Origin: Sedimentisphaerales bacterium
GTDB lineage: Bacteria; Planctomycetota; Phycisphaerae; Sedimentisphaerales; SM23-30
Assembly (NCBI GenBank): GCA_963667715.1
Contig: OY763926.1
Span: forward strand, 3,230,177 to 3,294,176
Reading direction: 5' to 3'
DNA length: 64,000 bases
The notes under the pieces were generated by a model. The model ran no database searches, had not been told where the DNA came from, and saw only the letters and a program-made list of their open reading frames with translations. Shown piece by piece: positions 50,148 through 60,777 of the stretch (position 1 is its first letter; every line of letters starts with the position of its first letter). The position numbers and the translations under genes are program-made.

Positions 50148-50846
50148 ATGGATATAGTATGGCAGATAATAGAGAATGCATCTATAACTAGCCCGGAATC
50201 ATCTATTCAGGGTGTATTATTATCAATTTTACTGGCATTTGTCCTTGGCCAGCTACTGGCCTGGGTTTACTATCTTACCCATAGCGGTCTGTCATATTCC
50301 AGATCATTTGTTCAATCACTGATCCTTATAACAGTGATCATTTCAATAGTTATGTCCACTATAGCCGGCAGCTTTGTAGTAGCGGTTGGTCTTATGGGTG
50401 CGTTGTCCATGATCCGTTTCAGAAACATTATCAAGGACACACGCGATATATCTTTCCTGTTCTGTTCGCTAGTAATAGGAATGGCGACAGGCTCCCAGCG
50501 ATATTCAATCGCAATATTAGGCACACTCGGTCTCAGCGCAATTATCATCTACTTACATCTTACCGAGTTTGGCTCACATCAGCCGCATAACGCCTTTCTG
50601 CGATTCTGCATGGAAGACCATGTCACAACCAATCATCCTGTAGTAGCGGTGCTAAAGAAGTTCTGCGGCAACTACACAATGATCTCATCGCAGGATAATG
50701 CTTACGGTGAATCTGATGTGGAGTATGCATACCAGATCCTAATTAAGAACTCTGCCAAGAATGAGCAGATGCTGACAGAACTACAGCAAATACAGGGCAT
50801 TCGTAATATTAGTCTCACAGTGCAGGAACAACTGCTGCAAATATGA
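50148..50846 (+). CDS. DUF4956-like integral membrane protein
   Basis: Multiple TM helices plus a soluble C-terminal tail. The family call rests on the typical pairing with VTC-domain genes (from memory). The ATG at 50148 follows ggagac. Confidence 0.55.
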   Translation: MDIVWQIIENASITSPESSIQGVLLSILLAFVLGQLLAWVYYLTHSGLSYSRSFVQSLILITVIISIVMSTIAGSFVVAVGLMGALSMIRFRNIIKDTRDISFLFCSLVIGMATGSQRYSIAILGTLGLSAIIIYLHLTEFGSHQPHNAFLRFCMEDHVTTNHPVVAVLKKFCGNYTMISSQDNAYGESDVEYAYQILIKNSAKNEQMLTELQQIQGIRNISLTVQEQLLQI

Positions 50847-50870
50847 TCATTTTTTATAGAGAGTAAGTAA

Positions 50871-52022
50871 ATGGCATTACAAATAAGACAAGGGAAAATA
50901 GCCAGAACACTGCCAGTGGCAGTCTGGGTTATAGCAGCCACCGCTGTTGGTTACCTATTTGTTAATCAGGCTCAAAGAACAGACTTGGCCGGGATAGCAT
51001 ACAGTTACGAACAGACCATTAACAGCCAGGAACCGGGCTATATCAGGTACCTGCCGGTCTCTTTATACCAAGCAGTAAAAAAAGGCGATACGCTGGCAAT
51101 TATAAAAGAAAACTCTATTGCCCGTGAACAGTATAATTCAGATCTGCTAAAGGCCCAACAAGCAACAGCAGAAGCAGAACTGATGCACCTGAAGGCAGAG
51201 CTAAAAGCAGCGGAAGAAGATTTCAGAGAACAGAAATTTACTCAGGTCAATACCATGGCAGCCACAGCCAGACAGCTGGCTATAGATGTTGAAAAGGCGC
51301 GTCTGGAAGTTTTGGAAATTCGTTCTACCCTGGAACCAGAAAAGCTTGAGCTCAAAGATCTTGAAGTAGAAATAGAGATCGTATCATACCTGCTTAATCA
51401 GGGTGCGGCAGAAGAGTATGAACTTAAAAAGTGTCAGTCTGAACTTGATGTACTTAAAGAAAAGATCGTACATGACGAAGAACTATTAGCCGCAGCAGAA
51501 CAATCGGTTGACAACGCTCTACAGCGTAAAGATGAGTTCAATCAGCAGAAACGCTTTAGTAACTCTCTGACAGATAAGCAGCTCGAACCTATCAGGCTGG
51601 CTATTGTTGTACAGGAAAAACACATTGAAGAGCTTATGGAACAATTTGATACAGTCGTACTCACTGCTCCATTTGACGGCATAGTCAATAGCCTGAACTT
51701 CAAACCTGGTCAGGCAGTAATGGGTGGTGAAGCTATTATGACTATCATTAAACCTACATCTGATTATATAACAGCCTGGATACCCCAACACGACATAGAC
51801 GGTTTTGAGCTCAACACTAAAGTGCAGGTAGTTTCATGCAGAATGCCTCGCACAACCTTTGATTCTCAAATCTCACATATTGGCGCTTCTATCGAGCAAA
51901 TGCCTGAAGTGCTCTGGCCAAGTCCATCTACCCCAAGTTGGGGCAGGCCTGTTCAGATACCAGTACTACCTAAGTTTGCCTGTATTCACAACGAAATAGT
52001 TGGAATTAAGAAGAAACAGTGA
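50871..52022 (+). CDS. HlyD-family membrane fusion (periplasmic adaptor) protein
   Basis: 383 aa with an N-terminal TM helix, a lipoyl-like GDTLAII, a long coiled coil, then LTAPFDGIV..PGQAV. Confidence 0.75.
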   Translation: MALQIRQGKIARTLPVAVWVIAATAVGYLFVNQAQRTDLAGIAYSYEQTINSQEPGYIRYLPVSLYQAVKKGDTLAIIKENSIAREQYNSDLLKAQQATAEAELMHLKAELKAAEEDFREQKFTQVNTMAATARQLAIDVEKARLEVLEIRSTLEPEKLELKDLEVEIEIVSYLLNQGAAEEYELKKCQSELDVLKEKIVHDEELLAAAEQSVDNALQRKDEFNQQKRFSNSLTDKQLEPIRLAIVVQEKHIEELMEQFDTVVLTAPFDGIVNSLNFKPGQAVMGGEAIMTIIKPTSDYITAWIPQHDIDGFELNTKVQVVSCRMPRTTFDSQISHIGASIEQMPEVLWPSPSTPSWGRPVQIPVLPKFACIHNEIVGIKKKQ

Positions 52023-52059
52023 CCCGTCAGACAACTGCGATCAAAGAGACCACAAACAG

Positions 52060-53700
52060 ATGAAAAAACTGAACTCTCTAAAAATCCTGGCCTTATCAGG
52101 TACCTGTTTATTTCTTTCCAGCTGTAATCCAGATCTGGAAAAGAGTAAAAGCGACACTGATAAAAAAGTATACAAGATTATTGACAATACATGGCAAAAA
52201 AATGAATTATCGGATCAGGATACCTACAGGATAGATGTTAACACCCCTTCAAAGAGTGTTAACATTTACGATTATCTTGACGACGACGGCAGTACACTGA
52301 CATTGAATTCTGCCTTGTCACTTGCTATTGTCAATAGCAGAGAATACCAAACTCAAAAAGAAGAGCTATACCTCAAAGCACTTGATCAAGTTCAGGTTGA
52401 ACACATCTATGAAGGCTCATGGCTGGTAAACACTAAAAGCAATGTAGCTAAATCTGGAGATGAGAAGTCTACTGGCAACAGTGGCTCTGTAGTATTAAAT
52501 AAGTTACTGGCTACCGGTGCCAAGATGACCAGTGGAATAAGCATTGGATTTATAGATATTATATCGGGCGATCTGCGTAGCGGCTTATCTGTTGTAGCAT
52601 CAACAGCAATCACCCAACCACTGCTTAGAGGAGCCGGAAGAAAAATAGCCCTTGAAAATCTGACCCAGTCGCAAAGAAACACACTTTATGGTATAAGAGC
52701 TTTTAACCGTTTCAGACAAGCTTATGTAACAGATATCATTTCAGCCTATTATGATATACTACTGAAATATGAGCTTCAGCGTAACGCCCAAGAACATTAT
52801 GCCGTTCTGAATGACCTGGTGGAAAAGCTAAAAGTTAGAGCCAAGGCTGGACGAATAGCGTCTCATGAACTGGAACAAGCCAATCAGGATGCTGGTCAGG
52901 CTATGACAGACTATATAACTGCCAAAAGAGAATACGAAGATGCATTAGATGCATTTAGATATAATCTGGTAATCCCGGCAGATATAGATCTTAAGCTAGA
53001 CACATCTGAGTTAGCCCTACTCCAAGAATACATACAATCCCCCCTGCTGTTATCAGAAGAACAGGCAATAGAACTAGCTCTTACTCAAAGGCTTGACTTA
53101 CTAAATGCCGCAGATGTTTCAGATGACGCAGAACGCAAAGTCGAAGTGGCGGCAGATTCGATAAGAGCAGAACTGAACCTTGTAGGCTATGCACAGGCAG
53201 AAACCAGTAATCGCAGTACATATGGAGCAAGTGCAACCGAATTGCGCAGCACTCGCCAGCAGTACTCACTTGCTCTTGAACTAGACCTTCCTTTTGACCG
53301 GGTAGCAGAGATCAGTGCATATCGCCAGTCGGTGATAGAAGTTGCAAGGGCCCAGAGAGAGCAACAGCAATTGACCGAAAAAATCGCATTAGATATTCGT
53401 GAAAATTTCCGTAAATTACAAGAGAATAAAGAGATATACAAAAACGAAACAAAGGGCCTAGTGCTTGCCAGCGAACGTTCTGCTAACACTGAAGCCCTGC
53501 TGAAGTATGGTCGTGCCTCGACGAGGGATTTATTAGACGCACGTAAAGACCTGCTGCAAGCACAAGATCAGGCTGCAACAGCTATGGTCAACTATGCATT
53601 ATCAAATCTCAAACTTCTTAATGACGCTGGTATTATCAAGATCAAAAACGATAGGAACTGGCAAAATAACTATGAAAACAGTATGACATTGGCAAAATAG
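52060..53700 (+). CDS. TolC-family outer membrane efflux lipoprotein
   Basis: I trimmed the ORF to the ATG at 52060. The product starts MKKLNSLKILALSGTCLFLSSC (lipobox). It has two repeated helical halves with LL.GAGR-type and LL.A...L..A motifs. Confidence 0.75.
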   Translation: MKKLNSLKILALSGTCLFLSSCNPDLEKSKSDTDKKVYKIIDNTWQKNELSDQDTYRIDVNTPSKSVNIYDYLDDDGSTLTLNSALSLAIVNSREYQTQKEELYLKALDQVQVEHIYEGSWLVNTKSNVAKSGDEKSTGNSGSVVLNKLLATGAKMTSGISIGFIDIISGDLRSGLSVVASTAITQPLLRGAGRKIALENLTQSQRNTLYGIRAFNRFRQAYVTDIISAYYDILLKYELQRNAQEHYAVLNDLVEKLKVRAKAGRIASHELEQANQDAGQAMTDYITAKREYEDALDAFRYNLVIPADIDLKLDTSELALLQEYIQSPLLLSEEQAIELALTQRLDLLNAADVSDDAERKVEVAADSIRAELNLVGYAQAETSNRSTYGASATELRSTRQQYSLALELDLPFDRVAEISAYRQSVIEVARAQREQQQLTEKIALDIRENFRKLQENKEIYKNETKGLVLASERSANTEALLKYGRASTRDLLDARKDLLQAQDQAATAMVNYALSNLKLLNDAGIIKIKNDRNWQNNYENSMTLAK

Positions 53701-54037
53701 GTAAAAAGCCTTATATAGTACATAAGTCTCAATAACAATATGTCGATAACTGAATTGGTATATAGGAAAATATTGAAAAAATATTAAAAATAATACTTGA
53801 GAAACTATATTTTTTGTTACAATAGTACTGTTTAGTAGGTTCACTACCATTATCACTGGTAATAATATTGTTATTATAGGACCTCTCCTGCACGGTTTAT
53901 ATTTCCACATAAAATGGATTTACCTGCAAATAACTCACCAGCAAATAATATTGTATCTCGTGCAATTAAATATGTATTTGCTAATGCATCGTGCAATAAT
54001 TGAATTAGTCAGAAACGTTTAAGCAAAGGTGGTAAGA

Positions 54038-57000
54038 ATGAGACTGTTGCGTTTTTTCTCATTAATAATTGGTCTATTAGCATTTAACGTTAATGCCGAA
54101 TTGATACACAGATATGAATTCGACGGAGATTGCTTAGACAGTATAGGCGATGCAGATGCTAAACTAACTCTAAGGCAATCTGGGGCATATTACAGCTCAG
54201 GTGCTCTGGTATTAGGTAATTCTTCAACACCAGCATCTAATGCTAATGTTAATTATATAGACCTTCCAGACGGAATAATATCGTCCGCAGGAAATGCTAT
54301 TACAATAGAAGCCTGGGTATACTGGAGTGGCCCATCAGATCAGACTGACCAAAACTTTTTCACATTTGGAACAAGTGATGTTGGCGAAGATATCTCCTCT
54401 ACTGCCCTATATAGTGATTTTATGTTTTTATCACCTGCTAGATTTACAAATAGAAGCAATATAAGCTCAGGTGAATCAATACCTAAGCTTATCATTATTG
54501 ACTCATTCCCTTTAAATCAATATGTTCACGTAGCTGTCGTATTTGATGACACAGCGGGTTTGGTTAAATTGTATAAGAATGCAGAATTGGTAGGCAGTTG
54601 TGAGGCTAAATTTACATTACCTGAGCTCAACGACATTAACAACTGGATCGGAAGAAGCCAGTGGGATAATATGCAGGGTTTCTACGGCAGAATCGCAGAA
54701 TTCAGAATATATAACAATGCTCTTACTGATGAAATGATACTGGCAGAAAAAAATGCCGGTCCAAATAGTATTGGTGCTGAACAGTACCTAGTACCAGCCA
54801 CCCCTTACCCAGCTCACAACCAGGCATCCTGGCAACCACCAATATCATTACTCTGGCAACCAGGAAGCGGCGAAAATATTGCAGAGCAAAACCTTTACTT
54901 TGGCACCGATTACCTTGGCGTACTTCAGGCAGATAAAGCAAGTACAGAATTCTTTAAGGGGACACTGTCAACTAGTGCAGACGAATATACACTGGCAGAA
55001 AATGAGCTAACCCCTGGGACGAAATATTTCTGGCGTATTGAATGTGTCACATCAGATGGTTACAAATTCAGCAGTCCGGCATGGTCATTCAACTACATGA
55101 AAAAGCCAATATCATGTATGCCAGGTGATATATCTGGTGACTGTATGGTTGATCTTTCAGATCTGGTAGAGCTAAGCGAACAGTGGCTTGCAACTGTTGA
55201 TTGTGATGCGTATGACTGTGCTGATTTTGACAATAGTCACATGGTTGACCTTGTCGATTTTATTGCGATGTCAGAAAACTGGCAGGAATACTCTGATCCA
55301 CTGGTTGTTATTAACGAAATAAACTATCATCCAGATGAAAATACTGAACCTGTTGAATTTATCGAACTATACCATGCCGGAGCTCAAGCTCTTGACCTGA
55401 ATGGCTGGACAATTTCAGGCGGCATATCCTACACATTTGACAATACTGCTATCCTTAATCCAGGTGGCTACATTGTTGTTAGCCAGAATCCTGATGCGGT
55501 AATGGCAAAGTACGGCATTATATCTTATGGCCCATTTGAAGGTAAACTCAGTAATGATGGTGAAGGCATTATTCTACGTGACAACACTGGCAATAAGATA
55601 GATGAAGTAAACTACGCTAGTGAATTTCCATGGCCAATAGCGGCAAATGGTGAAGGCGCCTCTATGGAGCTTATTAATCCATATCTGGACAATGATCTAT
55701 CGGGAAGCTGGAGAAGTTCAGGGTTTGGCTATAATCTTCCTGAATTCGCTCATGGTGAAGCTACTCCAGGTATGATCAATAGCGTTTTCAGTATCAACAT
55801 ACCTCCGCAAGTTCGACAGGTAAATAACTACCCGAATCAGCCACTGGAAACTGAAGCAACAACTATTACAGCCAAGATAACAGACATTGACGGAGTTGAT
55901 TCTGTTACATTGAAATATCAGATAGTACTACCAGGTGCTTATCTACCAGCTTACCTACCGATAGAAATAAACACTCTTTATGATGACCCGGTCGAAAGAC
56001 ACCCTGTAAATCCAGATTTTGAAGATCCAGCAAACTGGATTACTGTTGCTATGGCTGACGATGGTACTGGTATGGACGAAGTTGCTGGCGATAATATTTA
56101 CACGGCACAAATACCAGCTCAGATCAATAGAACTGTTGTACGTTATCGCATAGAAACCAGCGATACACTAGGTAATGAAGTGAGAGTGCCATATTACGAT
56201 GATGAATCACTCAATTTTGCCTATTACGTATACAATGGCGTTCCTGACTACGTAACCACAAATAGATCTGTAAGCGGCTCAGCAGGATACACCTATCCAG
56301 CTGATAAGCTAACCACACTGCCAGTATATTCACTTATCACCCGCGCAGACGACTATCAAATGGCTTACGGCTATTATAGTTCAGACAGGATAAATCAGAA
56401 CACCACATCAGTTGAAAATCAGGAAACTGGCCGTAGATATAACTGGACAGGTACTTTTGTATATGAAGGTAAGGTATATGACCACATCGGCTATCGTATG
56501 AGAGGCGGTAACGGCCGCTATAACAATGGTGCTGGCGGCAAGCGTTCAATGAAACTAAGATTCAACCGCGGAAATTACTTACAGGCACGTGATATTTATG
56601 GCAAAAAGTTCCCATCAAAATGGAAGAATCTGAACTTTGGTAAGATGTTCGGTAATCATATTCCGGGCAATACGAATTACCCATACGGTCTGAATGAAAT
56701 TCTTAATATGAGACTATTTTCACAGGTTGGCGTGCCGTCGCCATCGACCTGGTGGTTCCACTTCCGTGTTGTAGACGGTGAAGTAGAAACTCCAACAGAT
56801 AATAATGGTCAGTACCTTGGCGACTTCAATGGTCTATACGTAGCATTTGAAAACTATGACAGTGCGTTCCTTGCCAGGTATAACCTGCCTAAAGGTAACC
56901 TGTATAAGCTATCAGACAAAGTATTTGACGGCTTGGAACAACTAAGATATCAGGGACCGGATTCAGTTACAAATGCAGAAGACTATACAAATATGAGATT

Positions 57001-60000
57001 CAATCTAAGCCATGAAGCTTCGGCTGATTTCATTGAAGAATATCTGGATTATGATGAATGGTTCAGATATCACACTATAAGCGAAGCGATTCGCCATTAT
57101 GATGTATTCTCAGGCTCGGATTGCTGGCATTGTATGAAGAATATGGCATGGTACTTCCTGCCAGTATTTACTGACACTAATCCATATGGCAAACTATGGT
57201 TCCTGCCATTTGATGTTGATGATACCTGGGGGCCATACTGGAACTCTGGCGTCGACCATGCCAGAGCGGCTATCTATGACCAAAGATATACTGATTATGG
57301 TTTAGAGCAATTTACAGTACAACCAGAGAAATCACGATTCAGACAGGAATATCGTAACTATATAAGAGAGTTCAGAGACCTACACTGGCAGGAAGATGTA
57401 ATCAATGGCCAAATCGATGAACTTGCATCTTATATCAGAGATTTCATCCCTGCTGACCGTGACAGATGGAGCTATGATTATACTACAGGTAGTCCGATCA
57501 ATTGTGGTGATTTCGATACTGCAATTGCACGCATGAAACAGTTTGCCTGGGAAAGCGGAGTTGAAGGCTGGCCTGGTACTGATTATAATCTGGACTCTCT
57601 GGCAAATTCAGATGGCGATTCAGGTACAATTCCTAATACACCTGTAATCTCTTATGCTGGCGTTGATGGTTATCCGGAAAACAATCTGCAGTTTAGTGTA
57701 AGCAATTTCAGTGACCCGCAGGGAAATGATACCTTTGCTGCCATGAAATGGCGAATTGCAGAATATGATCTGGATTTCAATATTGTCGCCAATAGAGAAC
57801 CTACCACAGACAGTATTGTACTTGTAAACAGTGAAGAAACCTGGAAGTACTTCAAAGGTACACAAGAAGCCTCAGACCCGATCGATGCATGGAGATATCT
57901 GGGCTATAGTGACGATGAATGGCTGACTGGCCAAACATCAATTGGATACTCTGACGGCGATGATAATACAGTTCTCGCTGATATGAGATATAATTATTCT
58001 ACAATATATCTAAGAAAGACATTTGAAGTTGATAATCTGGCTAATATTGAGAGTCTATTACTTTGGATATGGAATGATGACGGCTGTATCATCTGGATAA
58101 ATGGAGTTGAAGTTGCAAGGCCTCGCTGTAGTACGGCCAGGTACGACGATGGAATTTACCGTTACAACGCTGTATGCTATAACCATGAAGCGGCAAATGA
58201 ATATGTAACGATAACTGATCCAGCAAGCGTACTGGTTGAAGGAGATAATATAATTGCAATCCATGCCGTTCAGCAGGCTGCAGATAGCAGCGACTGTTCA
58301 ATTGACGTTGCTTTAGTTGCTACTACCGTAACACCGGTCGAAACAGATATTGCCCTCTCTAAGACCGTTAAATACGAACTTGATCCGATATGGGAGAGTG
58401 CCGATATCTCGACCTTCTCCAGCACATACAGATTCCCAGCTGAAGATATTAAGCCGGGTCGTAATTACAGAGTACGCTGTAAGATGATGGATACTACAGG
58501 CAAATGGAGTCACTGGTCAGAGCCAGTAGAGTTTGTTGCCGGCGAAGCAGTTGGTTCTGATATCAGGGATAACTTCAGAATGACTGAGCTGATGTATAAT
58601 CTTGGTGATGCTGAATTTATGGAATTCAAAAACACAAGTCCAAATACTACTATTGACATTTCAAATGTATCTATTTCTGGCGGTGTTGACTTTGATTTTG
58701 CAGGAAGCAGTATCACCTCACTCGCTCCGGGCGAGTTTGTACTAGTTGTTAAAGATCAGGGTGATTTTGAAGATTACTATGGTACCGGCTTTAGCAGTAG
58801 AATCGCCGGAGAATATGACGGCAAGCTGTCAAATGGCGGTGAAGATCTTAAAATAGAAGACTTCTGGAACGGTACTCTATTCGAGTTTGAATATAATGAC
58901 GGTCGCGGATGGCCTATTGCCGCTGATGGCAGCGGGCATTCTCTGGTACCTGTTGATGGTGCTATAGAAGATCAACCGAACGGTACTCTGGATTATGGTG
59001 ATAACTGGCGGGCCAGCAGTTATATCGGCGGCTCTCCAGCTGCGGATGACCCTGCTTTGCCAGCTACCTCACTGGTTATCAATGAGTTTATGGCTCACAC
59101 AGACTATGTCAACCCGGCCTACCCGGAATACGACAGTAATGACTGGATCGAGCTTTATAATGCCGGTAGTACCGCCCTGTCACTTAACAGCAACTGGTAT
59201 TTAAGTGATGATATTGACGAACTGGATAAATGGCAGCTGCCATCGGCTTCTATAGCTTCTGATAACACCATAAGCTATGATGAGCTAACTGGCTTCCATA
59301 GCCCCATTACCAGCGGATTTGGCCTTGATAAGGCAGGTGAAAAGATATACCTGTCTTATTTGCCTGGCACTGCTGGTCAGGACAGAATAGTAGATGCGAT
59401 TACTTTTGCCGGTCAGGCAAATAGTGTTTCCAGTGGCCGTTACCCTGATGGTGGTAAATACTGGTTTAGCTTTGTAGGAGGTACACGTAACAGTAGTAAT
59501 GTCTCCCCCGCAGAGCACGTTATCATCTCTGAGATAATGTATCACCATGAAACAGGAAATGATAATCTAGAGTACATTGAGGTCTATAACCCAACTGGTA
59601 TAGCTGTCGATCTATGGACCGAAGCTGGCCCATGGGCTCTGGAAGGTGGCGTTGATTACCAGCTGCCAGCAAATATATCACTTTCAGCTGGCCATAGAAT
59701 TCTGTTTGTTGGTTTTGACCCAGAAGTCGGAACTGACCTGGACGCATTCATGAACGCATATGGAATAACAGGTCTCAAGGCAGGTACGAATGTATTTGGA
59801 CCATGGTCTGGCAACTTGTCAAATAATAGTGATCGAATTACCCTATGCGGACCACAAGACTCTGACGACCTTATGGCACCAGATGAGCTATCGTGGATTA
59901 CTGTTGACCAATGCATTTACAATGATTTCTGGCCTTGGGACTCACTACCAGATGGGCTTGGCTACTCACTAAGCAGAAGAAACAATAGCACTGATGTCAG

Positions 60001-60052
60001 CAGTGACAACCCTGCTAACTGGACAAGTTCAAATGCAACACCAGGTTACTAA
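54038..60052 (+). CDS. Giant secreted CotH-kinase-family protein with LamG-like, dockerin-like and four lamin-tail (LTD) domains
   Basis: Signal peptide, then a LamG-like N-terminus (LIHRYEFDGD..). Dockerin-like repeats GDISGDCMVDLSDL and DFDNSHMVDLVDF follow. The LTD signatures are VINEINYH..EFIELYH, MTELMYN..EFMEFKN, VINEFMAH..DWIELYN and IISEIMYH..EYIEVYN. The central CotH-like region reads GGKRSMKLRFNRG..LNEILNMRLF. The ATG at 54038 follows aaaggtgg. Confidence 0.8.
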   Translation: MRLLRFFSLIIGLLAFNVNAELIHRYEFDGDCLDSIGDADAKLTLRQSGAYYSSGALVLGNSSTPASNANVNYIDLPDGIISSAGNAITIEAWVYWSGPSDQTDQNFFTFGTSDVGEDISSTALYSDFMFLSPARFTNRSNISSGESIPKLIIIDSFPLNQYVHVAVVFDDTAGLVKLYKNAELVGSCEAKFTLPELNDINNWIGRSQWDNMQGFYGRIAEFRIYNNALTDEMILAEKNAGPNSIGAEQYLVPATPYPAHNQASWQPPISLLWQPGSGENIAEQNLYFGTDYLGVLQADKASTEFFKGTLSTSADEYTLAENELTPGTKYFWRIECVTSDGYKFSSPAWSFNYMKKPISCMPGDISGDCMVDLSDLVELSEQWLATVDCDAYDCADFDNSHMVDLVDFIAMSENWQEYSDPLVVINEINYHPDENTEPVEFIELYHAGAQALDLNGWTISGGISYTFDNTAILNPGGYIVVSQNPDAVMAKYGIISYGPFEGKLSNDGEGIILRDNTGNKIDEVNYASEFPWPIAANGEGASMELINPYLDNDLSGSWRSSGFGYNLPEFAHGEATPGMINSVFSINIPPQVRQVNNYPNQPLETEATTITAKITDIDGVDSVTLKYQIVLPGAYLPAYLPIEINTLYDDPVERHPVNPDFEDPANWITVAMADDGTGMDEVAGDNIYTAQIPAQINRTVVRYRIETSDTLGNEVRVPYYDDESLNFAYYVYNGVPDYVTTNRSVSGSAGYTYPADKLTTLPVYSLITRADDYQMAYGYYSSDRINQNTTSVENQETGRRYNWTGTFVYEGKVYDHIGYRMRGGNGRYNNGAGGKRSMKLRFNRGNYLQARDIYGKKFPSKWKNLNFGKMFGNHIPGNTNYPYGLNEILNMRLFSQVGVPSPSTWWFHFRVVDGEVETPTDNNGQYLGDFNGLYVAFENYDSAFLARYNLPKGNLYKLSDKVFDGLEQLRYQGPDSVTNAEDYTNMRFNLSHEASADFIEEYLDYDEWFRYHTISEAIRHYDVFSGSDCWHCMKNMAWYFLPVFTDTNPYGKLWFLPFDVDDTWGPYWNSGVDHARAAIYDQRYTDYGLEQFTVQPEKSRFRQEYRNYIREFRDLHWQEDVINGQIDELASYIRDFIPADRDRWSYDYTTGSPINCGDFDTAIARMKQFAWESGVEGWPGTDYNLDSLANSDGDSGTIPNTPVISYAGVDGYPENNLQFSVSNFSDPQGNDTFAAMKWRIAEYDLDFNIVANREPTTDSIVLVNSEETWKYFKGTQEASDPIDAWRYLGYSDDEWLTGQTSIGYSDGDDNTVLADMRYNYSTIYLRKTFEVDNLANIESLLLWIWNDDGCIIWINGVEVARPRCSTARYDDGIYRYNAVCYNHEAANEYVTITDPASVLVEGDNIIAIHAVQQAADSSDCSIDVALVATTVTPVETDIALSKTVKYELDPIWESADISTFSSTYRFPAEDIKPGRNYRVRCKMMDTTGKWSHWSEPVEFVAGEAVGSDIRDNFRMTELMYNLGDAEFMEFKNTSPNTTIDISNVSISGGVDFDFAGSSITSLAPGEFVLVVKDQGDFEDYYGTGFSSRIAGEYDGKLSNGGEDLKIEDFWNGTLFEFEYNDGRGWPIAADGSGHSLVPVDGAIEDQPNGTLDYGDNWRASSYIGGSPAADDPALPATSLVINEFMAHTDYVNPAYPEYDSNDWIELYNAGSTALSLNSNWYLSDDIDELDKWQLPSASIASDNTISYDELTGFHSPITSGFGLDKAGEKIYLSYLPGTAGQDRIVDAITFAGQANSVSSGRYPDGGKYWFSFVGGTRNSSNVSPAEHVIISEIMYHHETGNDNLEYIEVYNPTGIAVDLWTEAGPWALEGGVDYQLPANISLSAGHRILFVGFDPEVGTDLDAFMNAYGITGLKAGTNVFGPWSGNLSNNSDRITLCGPQDSDDLMAPDELSWITVDQCIYNDFWPWDSLPDGLGYSLSRRNNSTDVSSDNPANWTSSNATPGY

Positions 60053-60080
60053 AGCAAGATAATACCTAAAACTTTACTAA

Positions 60081-60112
60081 GGCCGTGAACTAATGTTTAC
60101 GGCCTTTTTTTT
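60081..60112 (+). terminator. Rho-independent terminator of the CotH gene
   Basis: A 10-bp stem pairs ggccgtgaac with gtttacggcc (one G-U pair) around a 4-nt loop, followed by a T8 run. Confidence 0.8.
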
Positions 60113-60219
60113 ATCTCAATTTCTCTTAACAATATATTTCACAGCAACTTAACATCTATACACAAAGCAGTAAAAAACACAAACAAATATTGTATTTGAA
60201 AAAAATTTGACTAAACAGC

Positions 60220-60248
60220 TTGACAACTCTACAAATGTAGAGTAAATT
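60220..60248 (+). promoter_or_regulatory. Promoter with an embedded BlaI-type operator
   Basis: TTGACA (60220-60225), a 17-nt spacer, TAAATT (60243-60248). The spacer is the inverted repeat ctctacaAAtgtagag (60227-60242), which contains the TACA/TGTA dyad known for BlaI/MecI operators. Confidence 0.65.
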
Positions 60249-60307
60249 CTAAATAAGTAGACTTTAGTTTACATCAATAGAATAACTTAATAATACAGGT
60301 ATATATT

Positions 60308-60703
60308 ATGTCACAAGAAATAGGTAAAGATCTTAAAACAGAGATGACAGAGGCTGAATGGGCTATTATGAAGATAGTCTGGGAAAATGAGCCTTGTGCC
60401 GCCGGGACAGTACAGGAGGCACTGGAAACAAGTAAAGGGTGGGCCTATAGTACAGTTAAGACTACTATGGACCGTATGGTTAAAAAAGGGCTGTTAAAGA
60501 TCAAAAAGATAAGGAATCTTCAACTCTTTAGTGCACAGGTAAGCCAGGCACAGGCACAAACCGGCGAGTTTCGTAAAATGCTATCGCGTGCTTTTAATGG
60601 AGCTCTCACCCCTATGATGCAGTTTCTGGTTGAAAATGAAAGTTTCAGCAAAAATGATCTGGAAGCATTGCGTAAACTTGTTGAAGATAAGTCTGGCAAA
60701 TAA
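60308..60703 (+). CDS. BlaI/MecI/CopY-family transcriptional repressor
   Basis: 131 aa. It has a winged-helix N-terminus (EAEWAIMKIVWENEP..TVQEALE...WAYSTVKTTMDRMVKKGLL) and a C-terminal dimerisation helix. Confidence 0.85.
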   Translation: MSQEIGKDLKTEMTEAEWAIMKIVWENEPCAAGTVQEALETSKGWAYSTVKTTMDRMVKKGLLKIKKIRNLQLFSAQVSQAQAQTGEFRKMLSRAFNGALTPMMQFLVENESFSKNDLEALRKLVEDKSGK

Positions 60704-60777
60704 GACTTGCCAATTGTGTGTATAAAATCAAATGGGATAGCAACCCGCTATCAGCGGTATAAAAAAGGGAGTCAAAA

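Noticed and set aside
53602-53910. A 102-aa minus-strand ORF between the TolC-like and CotH genes
   Set aside because: It overlaps the TolC-like 3' end and otherwise sits in AT-rich intergenic DNA. Its translation is hydrophobic low-complexity, with no RBS.
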